Counted from the first letter of the stretch, positions 1 through 9,957 are shown. The stretch: DNA of 64,000 nt from Candidatus Methanoperedenaceae archaeon (GCA_963753595.1 CAVWCX010000018.1:62262-126261); one strand, 5' to 3'. Program-made: numbers and translations. The notes: generated by a model from the sequence alone, not told the origin.

Positions 1-97
1 GATACATCGGACGGGAATCATCAGAACGCCCATAATGTAGATAATCCAGAATATAAGCTGTGTCTTCTTTTTCTTGCCTTTTCCCTAGGGTTATCAT
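1..97 (-). CDS. DUF655 family putative RNA-binding protein, 5' part (runs off the window)
   Basis: Manual translation gives MITLGKRQEKEDTAYILDYLHYGRSDDSRPMY. It lies downstream of rpo4, the conserved archaeal rpl21e-rpo4-DUF655 order. Confidence 0.75.
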   Translation of the reverse strand, partial: MITLGKRQEKEDTAYILDYLHYGRSDDSRPMY

Positions 98-178
98 CAA
101 ATACCACTCACTTTGGAATTATTCTTACTCAAACGGTAAATATTCAAAATAGATAATTATATTGTTTTATTATCTATT

Positions 179-529
179 TCAGGTATATTTCATCACTAGC
201 TCAAGAATATCTTTCAATTCTTTTTCACTGAGAGTATATCTTTCTTTTGCGTAGATCGACCTGACCTCATCATTGGTCAGTGGAAGAATATCGACTATCC
301 TTACAGCAATCTCCGGTTTCATTTTTTCAAGTTTTGATAGCTCGTTCATTAATTCCCGGGATTTCCCTGGTTCCAGCCTTGCAAACATTTCAGCATGAGA
401 GATCGCCTTACGCAACTCATATCCGAGTTCTTTGTCTTCTTTTGCCCTCTCTTCTCTGACTTCGTCAAGCAGGTTCTTTACCTCTCCAAGAGTCAAAATA
501 TCTTCACTGATTATCTGCTTCACTAACAT
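179..529 (-). CDS. rpo4: DNA-directed RNA polymerase subunit Rpo4 (RpoF/Rpb4)
   Basis: 116 aa with IVDILP..DEVRSIYAKE motif; follows rpl21e. Confidence 0.93.
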   Translation of the reverse strand: MLVKQIISEDILTLGEVKNLLDEVREERAKEDKELGYELRKAISHAEMFARLEPGKSRELMNELSKLEKMKPEIAVRIVDILPLTNDEVRSIYAKERYTLSEKELKDILELVMKYT

Positions 530-540
530 TATTTCACCGG

Positions 541-831
541 TTATTTTTGGGGAGTTAAATGCTCTGGAAGAATGATAACTTCTTTCATCAGTCCGCCATC
601 CCTGACTGCAACAATATAGGCCCTGCCACGCTGGCTCGTTACTTTTCCGGTCCTTCCCTGGAATTTGGGATGAGGCATTCCATTCTGGATGCTTGAGTCA
701 AGATCGATGTTTACAATGTCTCCCTCATGGAACTCCTGGATCGCCCTGCTGATGGGAGATAATCCTTTTTCCCTGACTGTTTTCTTTAACTTATATCGTG
801 ATTTTCTTCTTGTTCCGTGGGTTTTTGCCAT
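541..831 (-). CDS. rpl21e: 50S ribosomal protein L21e
   Basis: [12 protein letters not shown] and RGRAYIV motifs. Confidence 0.97.
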   Translation of the reverse strand: MAKTHGTRRKSRYKLKKTVREKGLSPISRAIQEFHEGDIVNIDLDSSIQNGMPHPKFQGRTGKVTSQRGRAYIVAVRDGGLMKEVIILPEHLTPQK

Positions 832-858
832 AATATTTCTCCGAACTATGATTATTAT

Positions 859-2097
859 TTATCCTACTTTAATTACTTCAAGTTCAATAACTTTTGCCTC
901 ACTTCCTGTCAGTGAAGCTACACTGGGTATCGTACGCCCGCCATCGCCAGAAACCAGTTCCTTGACATAGAGTCCGCCTTCACAATTAATTACGAGGACT
1001 GCAGTATTTTCATTATACGATTCAAGTTCGACCGAGTGTACTTTTCGTACCCGTTCAAGGTCCGCGCGCCTGTGAAGCACTCTGGTGGGTGTTTTCTGTT
1101 TGATGAGAGTTTGTCTTAATACGTTAATGGATGATTTAAGTTTTTCCTCTGTTGTATTGTGGGTAATCTTGAGACGATATACTTTATCCACTTTCATGGA
1201 TTTTAGCTGTTCAACAGTTTCACTCTCAACGAATTTTAATCCAAGTACTTCGATCTTACCCTGTGCGCCCTGGTTAATTCCTGATTCCAGGGCCTCCAGG
1301 TCAAGACTCCTGGTATGGGGTCTTTTTGCCTCAACAACAAATGGCCGCCCATCGCCAAGCATAAGGGCATCAATATCCTCTCGCCCTGCGCCATGAAAAG
1401 CAGTATCTTCGGCCCGCGCTGCTGACATTAGATGCGGCTTTATCAATTCATCGACTGATTCCTGGTACATCTTCCCGGTATTGTCGCATCGTTCGCATCC
1501 TCTCCCGCCGCATTCCCGGCATGGCCATCTTGTCTGGGGTATCCCGCGGATAAGTTTCCGATACCTTCCATAGATATAAAGTGAATTTATTTCTACTTCG
1601 ACAGTATCATTTTCAAGGTCAAGAAGCGCCACAACCTGTGGTTTTTTGAGGTTTGCCTTCTTTGCGGTAAGCTTTTCTATCCTTTTCCCCACCTCGCGGT
1701 TCAATTCTGTCTTCAAAGGCTCGGCAAACGTGGCCCCGCTTTCTGCCCACAGGATCTCTTCATTCTCAGCAAGAAGTCCTGTAACCTTTGTTCCAACAAG
1801 GAAATTATTATATTCGTAATCAGAAAGCGCCTCAACAGACTTTGTTACCCACGGATCTATTTTCAAAAACAGGTTATTGCATACCCAGCATTTTATTTCA
1901 CCCCTGCTTCTGGCAAGTTCATCCTGCAGTTCTTTGTTTTTTTCTGCTCCTGCATCCATGTCAAGAACAAGTTTCAGAGCGGCCCCGCGCATGTCATTGG
2001 AAAGTCCCGTGGAAAGTTTTGCGAACTGCCGGCCTAAACAGTGGTCGCATATCGGACCTTCATGAATGATCTTACGGGCTGTATCGAGGATTGTCAT
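859..2097 (-). CDS. pus10: tRNA pseudouridine(54/55) synthase Pus10
   Basis: N-terminal CDHCLGR, GRYRKLIRGIPQTRW, GREDID catalytic Asp, GGLYVKELVSGD. Confidence 0.95.
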   Translation of the reverse strand: MTILDTARKIIHEGPICDHCLGRQFAKLSTGLSNDMRGAALKLVLDMDAGAEKNKELQDELARSRGEIKCWVCNNLFLKIDPWVTKSVEALSDYEYNNFLVGTKVTGLLAENEEILWAESGATFAEPLKTELNREVGKRIEKLTAKKANLKKPQVVALLDLENDTVEVEINSLYIYGRYRKLIRGIPQTRWPCRECGGRGCERCDNTGKMYQESVDELIKPHLMSAARAEDTAFHGAGREDIDALMLGDGRPFVVEAKRPHTRSLDLEALESGINQGAQGKIEVLGLKFVESETVEQLKSMKVDKVYRLKITHNTTEEKLKSSINVLRQTLIKQKTPTRVLHRRADLERVRKVHSVELESYNENTAVLVINCEGGLYVKELVSGDGGRTIPSVASLTGSEAKVIELEVIKVG

Positions 2098-2152
2098 CTG
2101 CCTCTCATTATGCGAAGTGTTCTAAATATGTTTCCATGGATCAGTGATAAAT

Positions 2153-2740
2153 TCAAAAACATGTCCTATCCATCTCGTTATGTAATAATACGATGCAGTG
2201 GTCAGCATGCAAAGAAAGCGGCCCCATGCTTATTATTTCAGTATCATATCCCGCAACTATTCTCTCCTCATCTTCGGTCAAACCCAGATGGTCTCCAAGC
2301 ACAAATAAAGTGTCAAAAGCTTCACCGAAAATCTTTTTGCGGATATCTTCACCATCTTCCCGTAAATAGATGATTTTTTTATCAAGCTCTTTTAACAGGT
2401 CCTCTAAATCTCCTTTCCTCACGCTGACCCCCGGTGTTGACTCAGTCCAGAAATCCTGCGCATTCTTTTCAAGCGCTTTTTTTATTAATGATGCGGCGCT
2501 TCGTTCATCAGGGCTCAGGTACCTGATCGTGCTGCCATCAAAACGTATCAGTTTTGGGGGGGATGGTTCACCTTTCATTATAAGAAAAACACGAACATCC
2601 CGTCTCAGGTCGTGAGAAAGGAATAGTGAGGCGTTAACGCACCTGCAAAGGATATCCATGCGCCCGGCAGCCCCCGGAAGGTCATTGAGTGAAAATGTTC
2701 CGGTGACAGCTTTATGTCCGATGATCATAAAATCTTTCAT
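2153..2740 (-). CDS. trmY: tRNA (pseudouridine(54)-N1)-methyltransferase TrmY (SPOUT)
   Basis: LNDLPGAAGRMDILCRC, PDERS, FVLGDHLG, LHADHCI motifs; adjacent to pus10. Start taken at MKDF (2740). Confidence 0.92.
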   Translation of the reverse strand: MKDFMIIGHKAVTGTFSLNDLPGAAGRMDILCRCVNASLFLSHDLRRDVRVFLIMKGEPSPPKLIRFDGSTIRYLSPDERSAASLIKKALEKNAQDFWTESTPGVSVRKGDLEDLLKELDKKIIYLREDGEDIRKKIFGEAFDTLFVLGDHLGLTEDEERIVAGYDTEIISMGPLSLHADHCIVLLHNEMDRTCF

Positions 2741-2867
2741 ACAGGGGAGAAATGCTTGAAGCATATTAAAGGTATATCAGGGGGATTTGGGGGACAAATG
2801 AAATTTAAGGTTTGATCGTCAGAAAAACTTATAACTTCTATTTTCCATTAAGATAAGGTGATATTTT

Positions 2868-4472
2868 CTGCCTAAGAAAGCTTTAATTAGCGTTTCTGAT
2901 AAAAATGGTATAATTGATTTTGCCTCTGGGCTCGCTGGATTCGGATTTGAGATTATTTCGACAGGCGGGACTTACTCGGCCTTAAATAAAGCCGGAATAA
3001 AAGTAAGAGATGTTTCCGATATTACGGGATTCCCAGAGATGATGGACGGTAGAGTGAAAACACTTCACCCGAAGATACATGGCGCCATTCTCGCATTACA
3101 GGATAAACCGTCACACATAAAAGATGCCATGGAAAATGGCATTGAATTTATTGATATTGTGGCTGTAAACCTTTACCCGTTTGAAAAAACAGTGGCCGTG
3201 GGGGCGAGTCTTGAAGATGCTATTGAAAATATAGATATCGGAGGACCTGCTCTTGTAAGGGCGGCAGCAAAAAATTACACTCATGTAGCTGTAATAACCG
3301 ACCCATCTGATTATCCTTTGATCCTGGAAGAACTTAAAAATGGATCTGTAAGCCTTGAAACTAAGAAAAAGCTGGCAGTCAAAGCGTTTCGAAGAATTGC
3401 AGATTATGATTGCGCGATTGACACATATTTAAGCCGATCCTTTCTTAATGAAGATATCCTTCGCATGAAATTCGTTGAAGGCACGACCCTGAGGTACGGA
3501 GAGAACTGGCACCAGAGCGCCAAATTTTATAAAGAGCCCGGCGTAACCGAACCCACGATCGCAAATGCAAAACAGCTGCATGGAAAAGCGCTTTCTTACA
3601 ACAATTATGTGGATGCGGAAAGCGCCCTGAATGTAGTTCTCGGATGTAAAAAGAAAATAGCGGTCTCTATCGTAAAACATAGTAATCCATGTGGATTTGC
3701 AACAGGGAATAACCTGAAAGAAGTATTGTCAAGAGCATGGGACGGGGACCCGGTTTCATCTTTTGGCAGTATTATCTGCATGACCTGCAAACCAGACCTT
3801 CTTGCGCTTGAATTTTTAAAAGGCAGGTTCGTGGAACTTATAATCGCCCCTGGATATGATGAGGAAGGGCTTTTGTACCTCAAAAATAAGAGTAAAGACT
3901 TGCGTATCCTTGAATTAGCTATGGATGAAGGAAAACCACTTGAAAATACATACCGCTATATTGTGGGAGGAATGCTTGTCCAGTCAAGGAACAGGGGATT
4001 ATACGATAAATGGGAGATAGTGACACAGCATCCTTTCCCGGAACAAAAGAAAGGACTTTCTGAATTTGCATTAAATGCCTGCAAATATACAAAATCAAAT
4101 GCTGTGGTGATCGCAAGGGAATATGAAACGGGATGCTATCAGATACTTGCAATAGGAGCAGGACAGCCAAACAGGGTGGATTCGATAAAGAAACTGGCTG
4201 CCACAAAAGCAAGAGAGAACCTCAGGATACTTTACGAAAGGGAGAAACCGGATGTTAGTGAGGATGAATTCGTTAAGAACATTATGAGTGAGTGCGTCAT
4301 GGCATCGGATGCGTTTTTCCCTTTCGATGACAGCATAATTCATTCAGCCGAGAATCATATAAGGTACATCGTGTCCCCGGGAGGCTCGATAAGGGATAAG
4401 GAAGTTATTGCTACGGCCAACAGGCTTGGTGTGTCGCTTGTGTTTACGGGTATGAGGCATTTTTACCATTAA
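2868..4472 (+). CDS. purH: Bifunctional AICAR transformylase/IMP cyclohydrolase PurH
   Basis: GRVKTLHP, IDIGG, LRYGENWHQ, SDAFFPF, TGMRHF motifs. The conserved N-terminus (KKALISVSDK...STGGT) extends in frame upstream of the ORF-track start to a CTG at 2868. Confidence 0.93.
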   Translation: MPKKALISVSDKNGIIDFASGLAGFGFEIISTGGTYSALNKAGIKVRDVSDITGFPEMMDGRVKTLHPKIHGAILALQDKPSHIKDAMENGIEFIDIVAVNLYPFEKTVAVGASLEDAIENIDIGGPALVRAAAKNYTHVAVITDPSDYPLILEELKNGSVSLETKKKLAVKAFRRIADYDCAIDTYLSRSFLNEDILRMKFVEGTTLRYGENWHQSAKFYKEPGVTEPTIANAKQLHGKALSYNNYVDAESALNVVLGCKKKIAVSIVKHSNPCGFATGNNLKEVLSRAWDGDPVSSFGSIICMTCKPDLLALEFLKGRFVELIIAPGYDEEGLLYLKNKSKDLRILELAMDEGKPLENTYRYIVGGMLVQSRNRGLYDKWEIVTQHPFPEQKKGLSEFALNACKYTKSNAVVIAREYETGCYQILAIGAGQPNRVDSIKKLAATKARENLRILYEREKPDVSEDEFVKNIMSECVMASDAFFPFDDSIIHSAENHIRYIVSPGGSIRDKEVIATANRLGVSLVFTGMRHFYH

Positions 4473-4519
4473 TATTAGTGTCCAGCGATATCATCATCTA
4501 TGAACCTGTTTGGCTCATT

Positions 4520-4770
4520 CACCGCAAAGGACGCAAAGAATAGCAGCAAAATCATCTTTGCGCCCTTTTCGTTCTGGTATGAATAAATCAACAACGAACT
4601 AAGACGAACACGTACGAACTCTGGTCACGTGAGTTCGTATCAGTTCGTTCAGTTAGTTGTTTTTTTCATGTTCATTTATGTACCACAGTTAATGGCCGAC
4701 TTTGCTGTGAGAATTCTATATTCCCAACAGATCAGTGAAAACCCGTCATATCCGTGTCATCGGTGTTCGA
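4520..4770. repeat. Cluster of triple-repeat hairpin elements (CGCAAAG-type, ACGAAC-type, ATCCGTG-type half element)
   Basis: 4591-4660: ACGAAC x3, loop, then GTTCGT/GTTCGT/GTTAGT. 4519-4562 with 4700-4710: tcaccgcaaag versus ctttgctgtga. 4731-4765: ATCAGTG/ATCCGTG/ATCGGTG. Confidence 0.7.
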
Positions 4771-4779
4771 AAGCGTTTT

Positions 4780-6141
4780 TCAATCCTTGATCCGGCTTAT
4801 GATGATCAATCCCGCAATATTGACTATCAATATCAGGATTATTGCGATCCATCCCCTCCTGCTGATATTAAATGCACTCTCCGGTTTTTTGAAATTGAAC
4901 TGCTTATCCGAGTCAAGCGACACTATTTCTTCAAATATACCATCAGCTCCTGTTGCTTTTAGCGTATAACTTGAATTCAAGGGAAGGCCGGTGAAAATAA
5001 GTTCAGAATCCGAGCGCTCAGATACTTTTTGGCCATTATTCCATAATGAGACCTGATATTTCGAATCAGCTTTTACAAAGATACTGGCATATTTTTTTAT
5101 ATTGATGGGATTTCCATCAGCATACTGTAGATGATCGGGAAGGTCAAGAACACTCAGGAGCGTAGGTGCGATATCTTCCTCTTCATATACTCCCCCGATA
5201 CTTCCCGCTACAGTATTTGGGGAGAGTATTACAAGAGGTATTCTGAGACTTTCGATCCTTGTTGAATATTTATCCGAGCTGTGTCCTCCGCGTCGTGCGT
5301 TCATTGTTGCAAAAGACATTCCATGATCTGCTGTCAGGAAAAATGCAATATTATTGTCAAGTGCTGTTTTATAAAGTGGATAAATATCAGAATCAAGGCT
5401 CTCGATCAATTTCATGTAATCATCATCCCCCATATTATGGCCTCCACTGTCAATTGCCCCGATATTCACGGTCATGAGGAATCTCCGGGAAGGATGTTTT
5501 TTTATCATGCCTAAAGCTGCGGCATTTGCGGCATCAATGCCCCATTTGTTATAAGCAAAGTATTTATCCACGCCTTTTTTACGATCCAGATAATTTGGAA
5601 GTTTCATCTTCCACTCATACATCAGATCATAAACACCATCAGGCGCATTCTTTGTTTGTATTGACATCAGGGGCTCATCAATAGAATTATTTTCCGCAAA
5701 TAGAATTATATCCTGCTCGCTTCTCATATTCATAAAATCCCCTCTTTCCATTATAGCAAGATTTACAAAGCCGTGTTCTCTTGTGATATCAAATATTGTT
5801 GCGCTTGGATAACCCACAATCTCCTCATTTGCATCAGAAAAACCTGTGACGATCACTGAATGCGCAATTCCCGTTATTGGATTTTTTGTCCTTATATCCA
5901 CGATCCTTGTTCCGAATGACAGGTTGTTTGTCCTTGCTTTTAAAAGCAAAGAGCCGTCTAATGCTAAAGGTGAAGTTTCAGGATAATAGTATGAAGAGCC
6001 AAAGCCATCAACTATGAAAAGAATAGCGCTTTGCGGTCTTTTCACTTCATTCAAAGTGATCTCAGAAACACCTGATGCGGTGAATGATATTGAAAAATAT
6101 AATAATGTTGTGAATAATATAATTACAAATTTTTTTATCAT
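4780..6141 (-). CDS. Secreted, membrane-anchored alkaline phosphatase superfamily (sulfatase/NPP-like) metalloenzyme
   Basis: Signal peptide; FIVDG, D..GH, TADHG, GGH metal-ligand motifs; C-terminal TM helix. Confidence 0.8.
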   Translation of the reverse strand: MIKKFVIILFTTLLYFSISFTASGVSEITLNEVKRPQSAILFIVDGFGSSYYYPETSPLALDGSLLLKARTNNLSFGTRIVDIRTKNPITGIAHSVIVTGFSDANEEIVGYPSATIFDITREHGFVNLAIMERGDFMNMRSEQDIILFAENNSIDEPLMSIQTKNAPDGVYDLMYEWKMKLPNYLDRKKGVDKYFAYNKWGIDAANAAALGMIKKHPSRRFLMTVNIGAIDSGGHNMGDDDYMKLIESLDSDIYPLYKTALDNNIAFFLTADHGMSFATMNARRGGHSSDKYSTRIESLRIPLVILSPNTVAGSIGGVYEEEDIAPTLLSVLDLPDHLQYADGNPINIKKYASIFVKADSKYQVSLWNNGQKVSERSDSELIFTGLPLNSSYTLKATGADGIFEEIVSLDSDKQFNFKKPESAFNISRRGWIAIILILIVNIAGLIIISRIKD

Positions 6142-6229
6142 AATTCGTGCTGATAGGAGGAATAAAATAAAAAGATTTCGTAAAACATAATCCTAGATTA
6201 TTTATAATAAAATACCAATTAGTGTGCAA

Positions 6230-6961
6230 ATGGAGACGATATCAGATATCATATCTAAGGGTGTTAAGCCGGGTATACGCAGGCTTTTTGATATGAAAGA
6301 TGTCATTTACGACCGCGAATGGCTTTCAAATGCCCAAAATTCGGAATTATATTATATGTACCGTGACCTTTCACTGAGCAAAAAAGATGCTATTGCCATG
6401 AAAGAACATGGCCTGAGATACGATATCACTGTCATCCCGCCAAAGATGCTGGGATGCGAATTTGTAAAAACAGCAGGTCATTACCACCCGCTGGTTCCTG
6501 GAACCCGGATAACATTTCCTGAAATATATGAAGTACTGGGCGGCAAAGCAAGTTATATCCTGCAAAAACCGGATGGCGAAGGAATAGATGATGTGATCCT
6601 GATAAAAGCAGGGGAAGGTGACAAGGTAATTATTCCGCCAGGCTACGGGCATCTTACCATAAATGAGTCAAATAAAGTATTGAAAATGGCTAACTGGGTG
6701 GCGCGCGACTTTGAGTCCATATACCAGCCAATAAAAGAGAAGGGCGGAGGAGCATATTTCCTTCTTGATAAAGGAATGGTAAGAAATCCGAGATATGAAC
6801 AGGTGCCTGGAATTAAGCCTGGAAAACCCGCAAATCTTAAAGAAATAGGATTGCAGAAAAGCAAAGAGATGTATGGGCTCGTACGGGATTTAAAAACACT
6901 CGAATTCCTCACAAAACCTCATGAGTATGAATGGGTTTTCGAAGAAGTCCTTGGGAAATAA
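6230..6961 (+). CDS. pgiA: Cupin-type glucose-6-phosphate isomerase
   Basis: LRYDITVI, KTAGHYH, PEIYEV, IPPGYGH..IN cupin PGI motifs. Confidence 0.88.
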   Translation: METISDIISKGVKPGIRRLFDMKDVIYDREWLSNAQNSELYYMYRDLSLSKKDAIAMKEHGLRYDITVIPPKMLGCEFVKTAGHYHPLVPGTRITFPEIYEVLGGKASYILQKPDGEGIDDVILIKAGEGDKVIIPPGYGHLTINESNKVLKMANWVARDFESIYQPIKEKGGGAYFLLDKGMVRNPRYEQVPGIKPGKPANLKEIGLQKSKEMYGLVRDLKTLEFLTKPHEYEWVFEEVLGK

Positions 6962-7262
6962 TTCCAATTTTGGGTAATATTTTTTAATAAGAGGGATATT
7001 TTCCCATGATAAAAATCTCAGACATTACATCATATCATCCTAATTTACAATATAAAATTTGTTTCAATTTATGTTGGTAATTGCCCCATGTGCAATACAT
7101 TGGACTGCTTGGAATATAAATTTTTCTGATTAGAATTAAGCCCTGAACAGCGTTTTGCGCTTTACAACATATCGACAGCGCCTTATTTTTTTGATGAAAC
7201 CACACAATCAAAAATAATTATACTAAGCTACATTAAAGACCTTTTAGCATCGCGCTTCCTCA

Positions 7263-7669
7263 TCACTTCTTCTTCAATAAATGCCCTATCAATACCAGAC
7301 CTACGATCGCAAAAATTATTTCAAATCCTGGTGTTTTTTGCGATTTTAATACAATTTCTTTGTTATTCAATTCTTCAGCTAATTGTTGATTAATCTTTAA
7401 TGCTTCATCGGATGCCTTGATTGCATCATCGTATCTTTTCATAACGGAAAGTAAAATTCCTTTGATAACCCATGCTTTAGCAAGCTGTGGATTAATCTTC
7501 AATGCTTCATCAGAGGCTCTGATTGCTTCTTCATATCTTCCAGATTGATACGAATCGACACTATCATTGTACTATTCGTCAGCAGTTTTTGCCTCCCTAA
7601 TAGCGACATAACAGAAAACAATATCAGAAATATAAAAAAAATGTGTATTCCCTTGAATCCCATAATCAT
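7263..7669 (-). pseudogene. Degraded TPR-repeat surface protein with PGF-CTERM sorting signal
   Basis: The signal-peptide frame (MIMGFKGIHIFFIFLILFSVMSLLG) shifts frame to EAKTADE*YN, with an in-frame TAG at 7572-7574 where TPR Trp is expected. TPR repeats and TPGFE-TM-KKK follow. Confidence 0.75.
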
Positions 7670-7803
7670 TCCTCTTTTTATGATACCACCATACCAAGCA
7701 AATAATGGATCATTTTGATAAAGCTTATTTGTATTTAAATATGATGGGAAATTGTCGTTTCCATTCGTGTGTGCTATTGTGCTACACTATTTGAAAGCAA
7801 ATA

Positions 7804-8568
7804 TTAAGGTTCTGGAATAGCAGTTCCATTTGCTTTTTCATTCTCTTTAATATTATTCGCTTCTTTTTTAGATTTAGCAGATCCAATAAATGCTCCAATA
7901 CAAGCCGCAAATAGATAGATTTGCCCAAGAAATTTAAATAAACCTAAAAGGATAAAGGCATCACCATGAGTCTCGCCACCACCAATCAAAACAGTAATAA
8001 CAAACAACGGAAGAGTAAGCCATATTCCCCATCTCCATGAAAGTTTATGCCACTTTCTTCCAAAATAAAAACCAATAAAACCATAGCAAAGTAATGAAAA
8101 TACCACAAGAGGAATAAATAATATTGAGATATAGGAAACTAACGCAATTAGTGACCCAATTATTAAAGCGCTCAAAACTGGTTCTGAATTAATTAAACCT
8201 TTTCTCATTATTTGTAATCTATCTATAATAATTATTATATAAAAATAATATATGATTGCAATAATTGCAATTAATTGAAGAGCTGAATATATTGACATTT
8301 CAGGAAGAGGTTCAAGATATTCAGTTGCTCTTTCTGCTTCAGTATAAGGTCTAAACTCTTGTATGAAAATATAATACGTTAACAAGAACGCTAATATATA
8401 TGCTATCAAACTTGATATTAATGCTGGGCAATTTATTTTAATAATTTCAACCCCTGTTCTTCTCTCGTCATTTATTAGCCCCCCAAAAAGTTTGTATTTA
8501 GTAGCATTATTTTTTTTTAATATATAACATTTTTGGTTTAGAGTGACCGCCATTACACGTTGGTGCAA
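7804..8568 (-). CDS. Hypothetical multi-pass membrane protein (AT-rich; true start uncertain, probably later)
   Basis: About 6-7 hydrophobic segments; visibly lower GC than neighbouring genes. Confidence 0.65.
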   Translation of the reverse strand: MHQRVMAVTLNQKCYILKKNNATKYKLFGGLINDERRTGVEIIKINCPALISSLIAYILAFLLTYYIFIQEFRPYTEAERATEYLEPLPEMSIYSALQLIAIIAIIYYFYIIIIIDRLQIMRKGLINSEPVLSALIIGSLIALVSYISILFIPLVVFSLLCYGFIGFYFGRKWHKLSWRWGIWLTLPLFVITVLIGGGETHGDAFILLGLFKFLGQIYLFAACIGAFIGSAKSKKEANNIKENEKANGTAIPEP

Positions 8569-8701
8569 TTATGGCAGCTTGCGCCGCACCCCTTCCAGAC
8601 TTACCCCCTGGGGCGCCTCATACATAATTCTCCCAAGTAGAAGAGCCATAACAACAAACATCCTTCTTCTTACAAATTTTCAGGGGTTTGAAATACGAAT
8701 C

Positions 8702-8759
8702 AACCACAGAGGACGCAGAGATCACAGAGTTAATCTTTCTCTGAGTCCTCTCTGTGGTT
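8702..8759. repeat. Triple-repeat hairpin element (CACAGAG/CGCAGAG type)
   Basis: aacCACAGAGgaCGCAGAGatCACAGAG, loop, then ctctgagtcctctctgtggtt. Confidence 0.75.
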
Positions 8760-8892
8760 TTTTCGTAAAAGAAGATTTAAGAAGTTTCCTAATATCATTC
8801 TATAAAAAAGATATAAATATCTTTGAAACATAACAATTCCAACATATTCCAATGGGCAATATTTTTAAATAAGCGGGATATTTACACATCCA

Positions 8893-9651
8893 ATGATAAA
8901 AGTCTCAGAAATTACCACTTATCTTAAATGTCCACGGATGTGCTATTTTACAAATAAGGGGCACGACCTGGTGGGCGAAGTCTCACCAGGATATCTGGAA
9001 AGACTGATCCTGAAAGAACTGGCCCTGACATATGGATCTGCATGTAATTGTGCTGATATGCAAACTTTCCTGAATAATGAACTTGAAAGGATCTCAAATG
9101 AGATCCGTGTGATCTACCGCAGTGAAATGGGCAAAGTTGATGATAAAGCAATCGCAAAATCCATAAATGATATACGCCCCCTGATCGAAACAATTTCTTT
9201 AAATCTTTCCCATAATCGCGACTTCTATTCAGGCGAGTTCATTCAGGATGAACCCATTTTACGCTCAGATAAATTCGGACTTTCGGGCAGCTCTGACAGG
9301 TTGATAAAAATAAATGAAAGCCCTGTCCCTTCGATAATAAAAACCGGTAATATGCCTGAAAATGGCGTCTGGAACGGCGACAGGCTCCAGTTGACAGCCT
9401 ATTCAATTCTCGTAGAAGAAAAATACAATTCAATTGTTGAAAAGGGATTTGTCGAATATGCACGCTTTGGTATTATAAGACCGGTCGTTGTCAAACGGCA
9501 TGAGCGCAGAAAAGTCCTGCAGATGATGGATAAGATAAAGAAAATCCAGAATGGTTTTATGCCCGAAAGACCAAAAGATGCTCCATGCGAATATTGCGGT
9601 TTTGTCGGGATATGCGATGTAAAATCAACACTTGCGTCCAGGTTTTTTTAG
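8893..9651 (+). CDS. Solo Cas4/Dna2-like protein with 4Fe-4S cysteine ligands
   Basis: YLKCPR at the N-terminus, QLTAY motif, C-terminal CEYCGFVGIC; no other cas genes or array in the window. Confidence 0.82.
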   Translation: MIKVSEITTYLKCPRMCYFTNKGHDLVGEVSPGYLERLILKELALTYGSACNCADMQTFLNNELERISNEIRVIYRSEMGKVDDKAIAKSINDIRPLIETISLNLSHNRDFYSGEFIQDEPILRSDKFGLSGSSDRLIKINESPVPSIIKTGNMPENGVWNGDRLQLTAYSILVEEKYNSIVEKGFVEYARFGIIRPVVVKRHERRKVLQMMDKIKKIQNGFMPERPKDAPCEYCGFVGICDVKSTLASRFF

Positions 9652-9652
9652 A

Positions 9653-9886
9653 TCAGAATTTCGCGCCTGTCAGGGTTTTTGTCTCAGTAACTCCCTTTAA
9701 AGCCCTTATTTTATTGACCACGATCTCGCTTAATCCCTCATAATCGCTGGCCTGGATTTTCGCGATCAGGTCATAATCACCAAACAGAGGATATAATTCC
9801 TGGATCTCTTCCCATTTAATCATGGTGTCGAATATTTTTTTTTCCGCACCAGGCGTAACATTGATCAATACAAAACCTATGGCCAT
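9653..9886 (-). CDS. Stand-alone Lrp/AsnC ligand-binding (RAM) domain protein
   Basis: FVLINV, LFGDYDLIAKI, IRALKGVTETKT pattern. Confidence 0.88.
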   Translation of the reverse strand: MAIGFVLINVTPGAEKKIFDTMIKWEEIQELYPLFGDYDLIAKIQASDYEGLSEIVVNKIRALKGVTETKTLTGAKF

Positions 9887-9957
9887 TAATTTTCACCCAT
9901 GACCTACAATTAGGTTTTGGGAATATAATATTATCTAAACGAATAAACATTATATTT

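Noticed and set aside
7572-7574. Pyrrolysine read-through of TAG
   Set aside because: It falls at a TPR Trp position (TGG to TAG) in a gene that also has a frameshift.
8893-9651. CRISPR-Cas locus around the Cas4-like gene
   Set aside because: No cas1/cas2 and no regularly spaced repeat-spacer array anywhere in the window.
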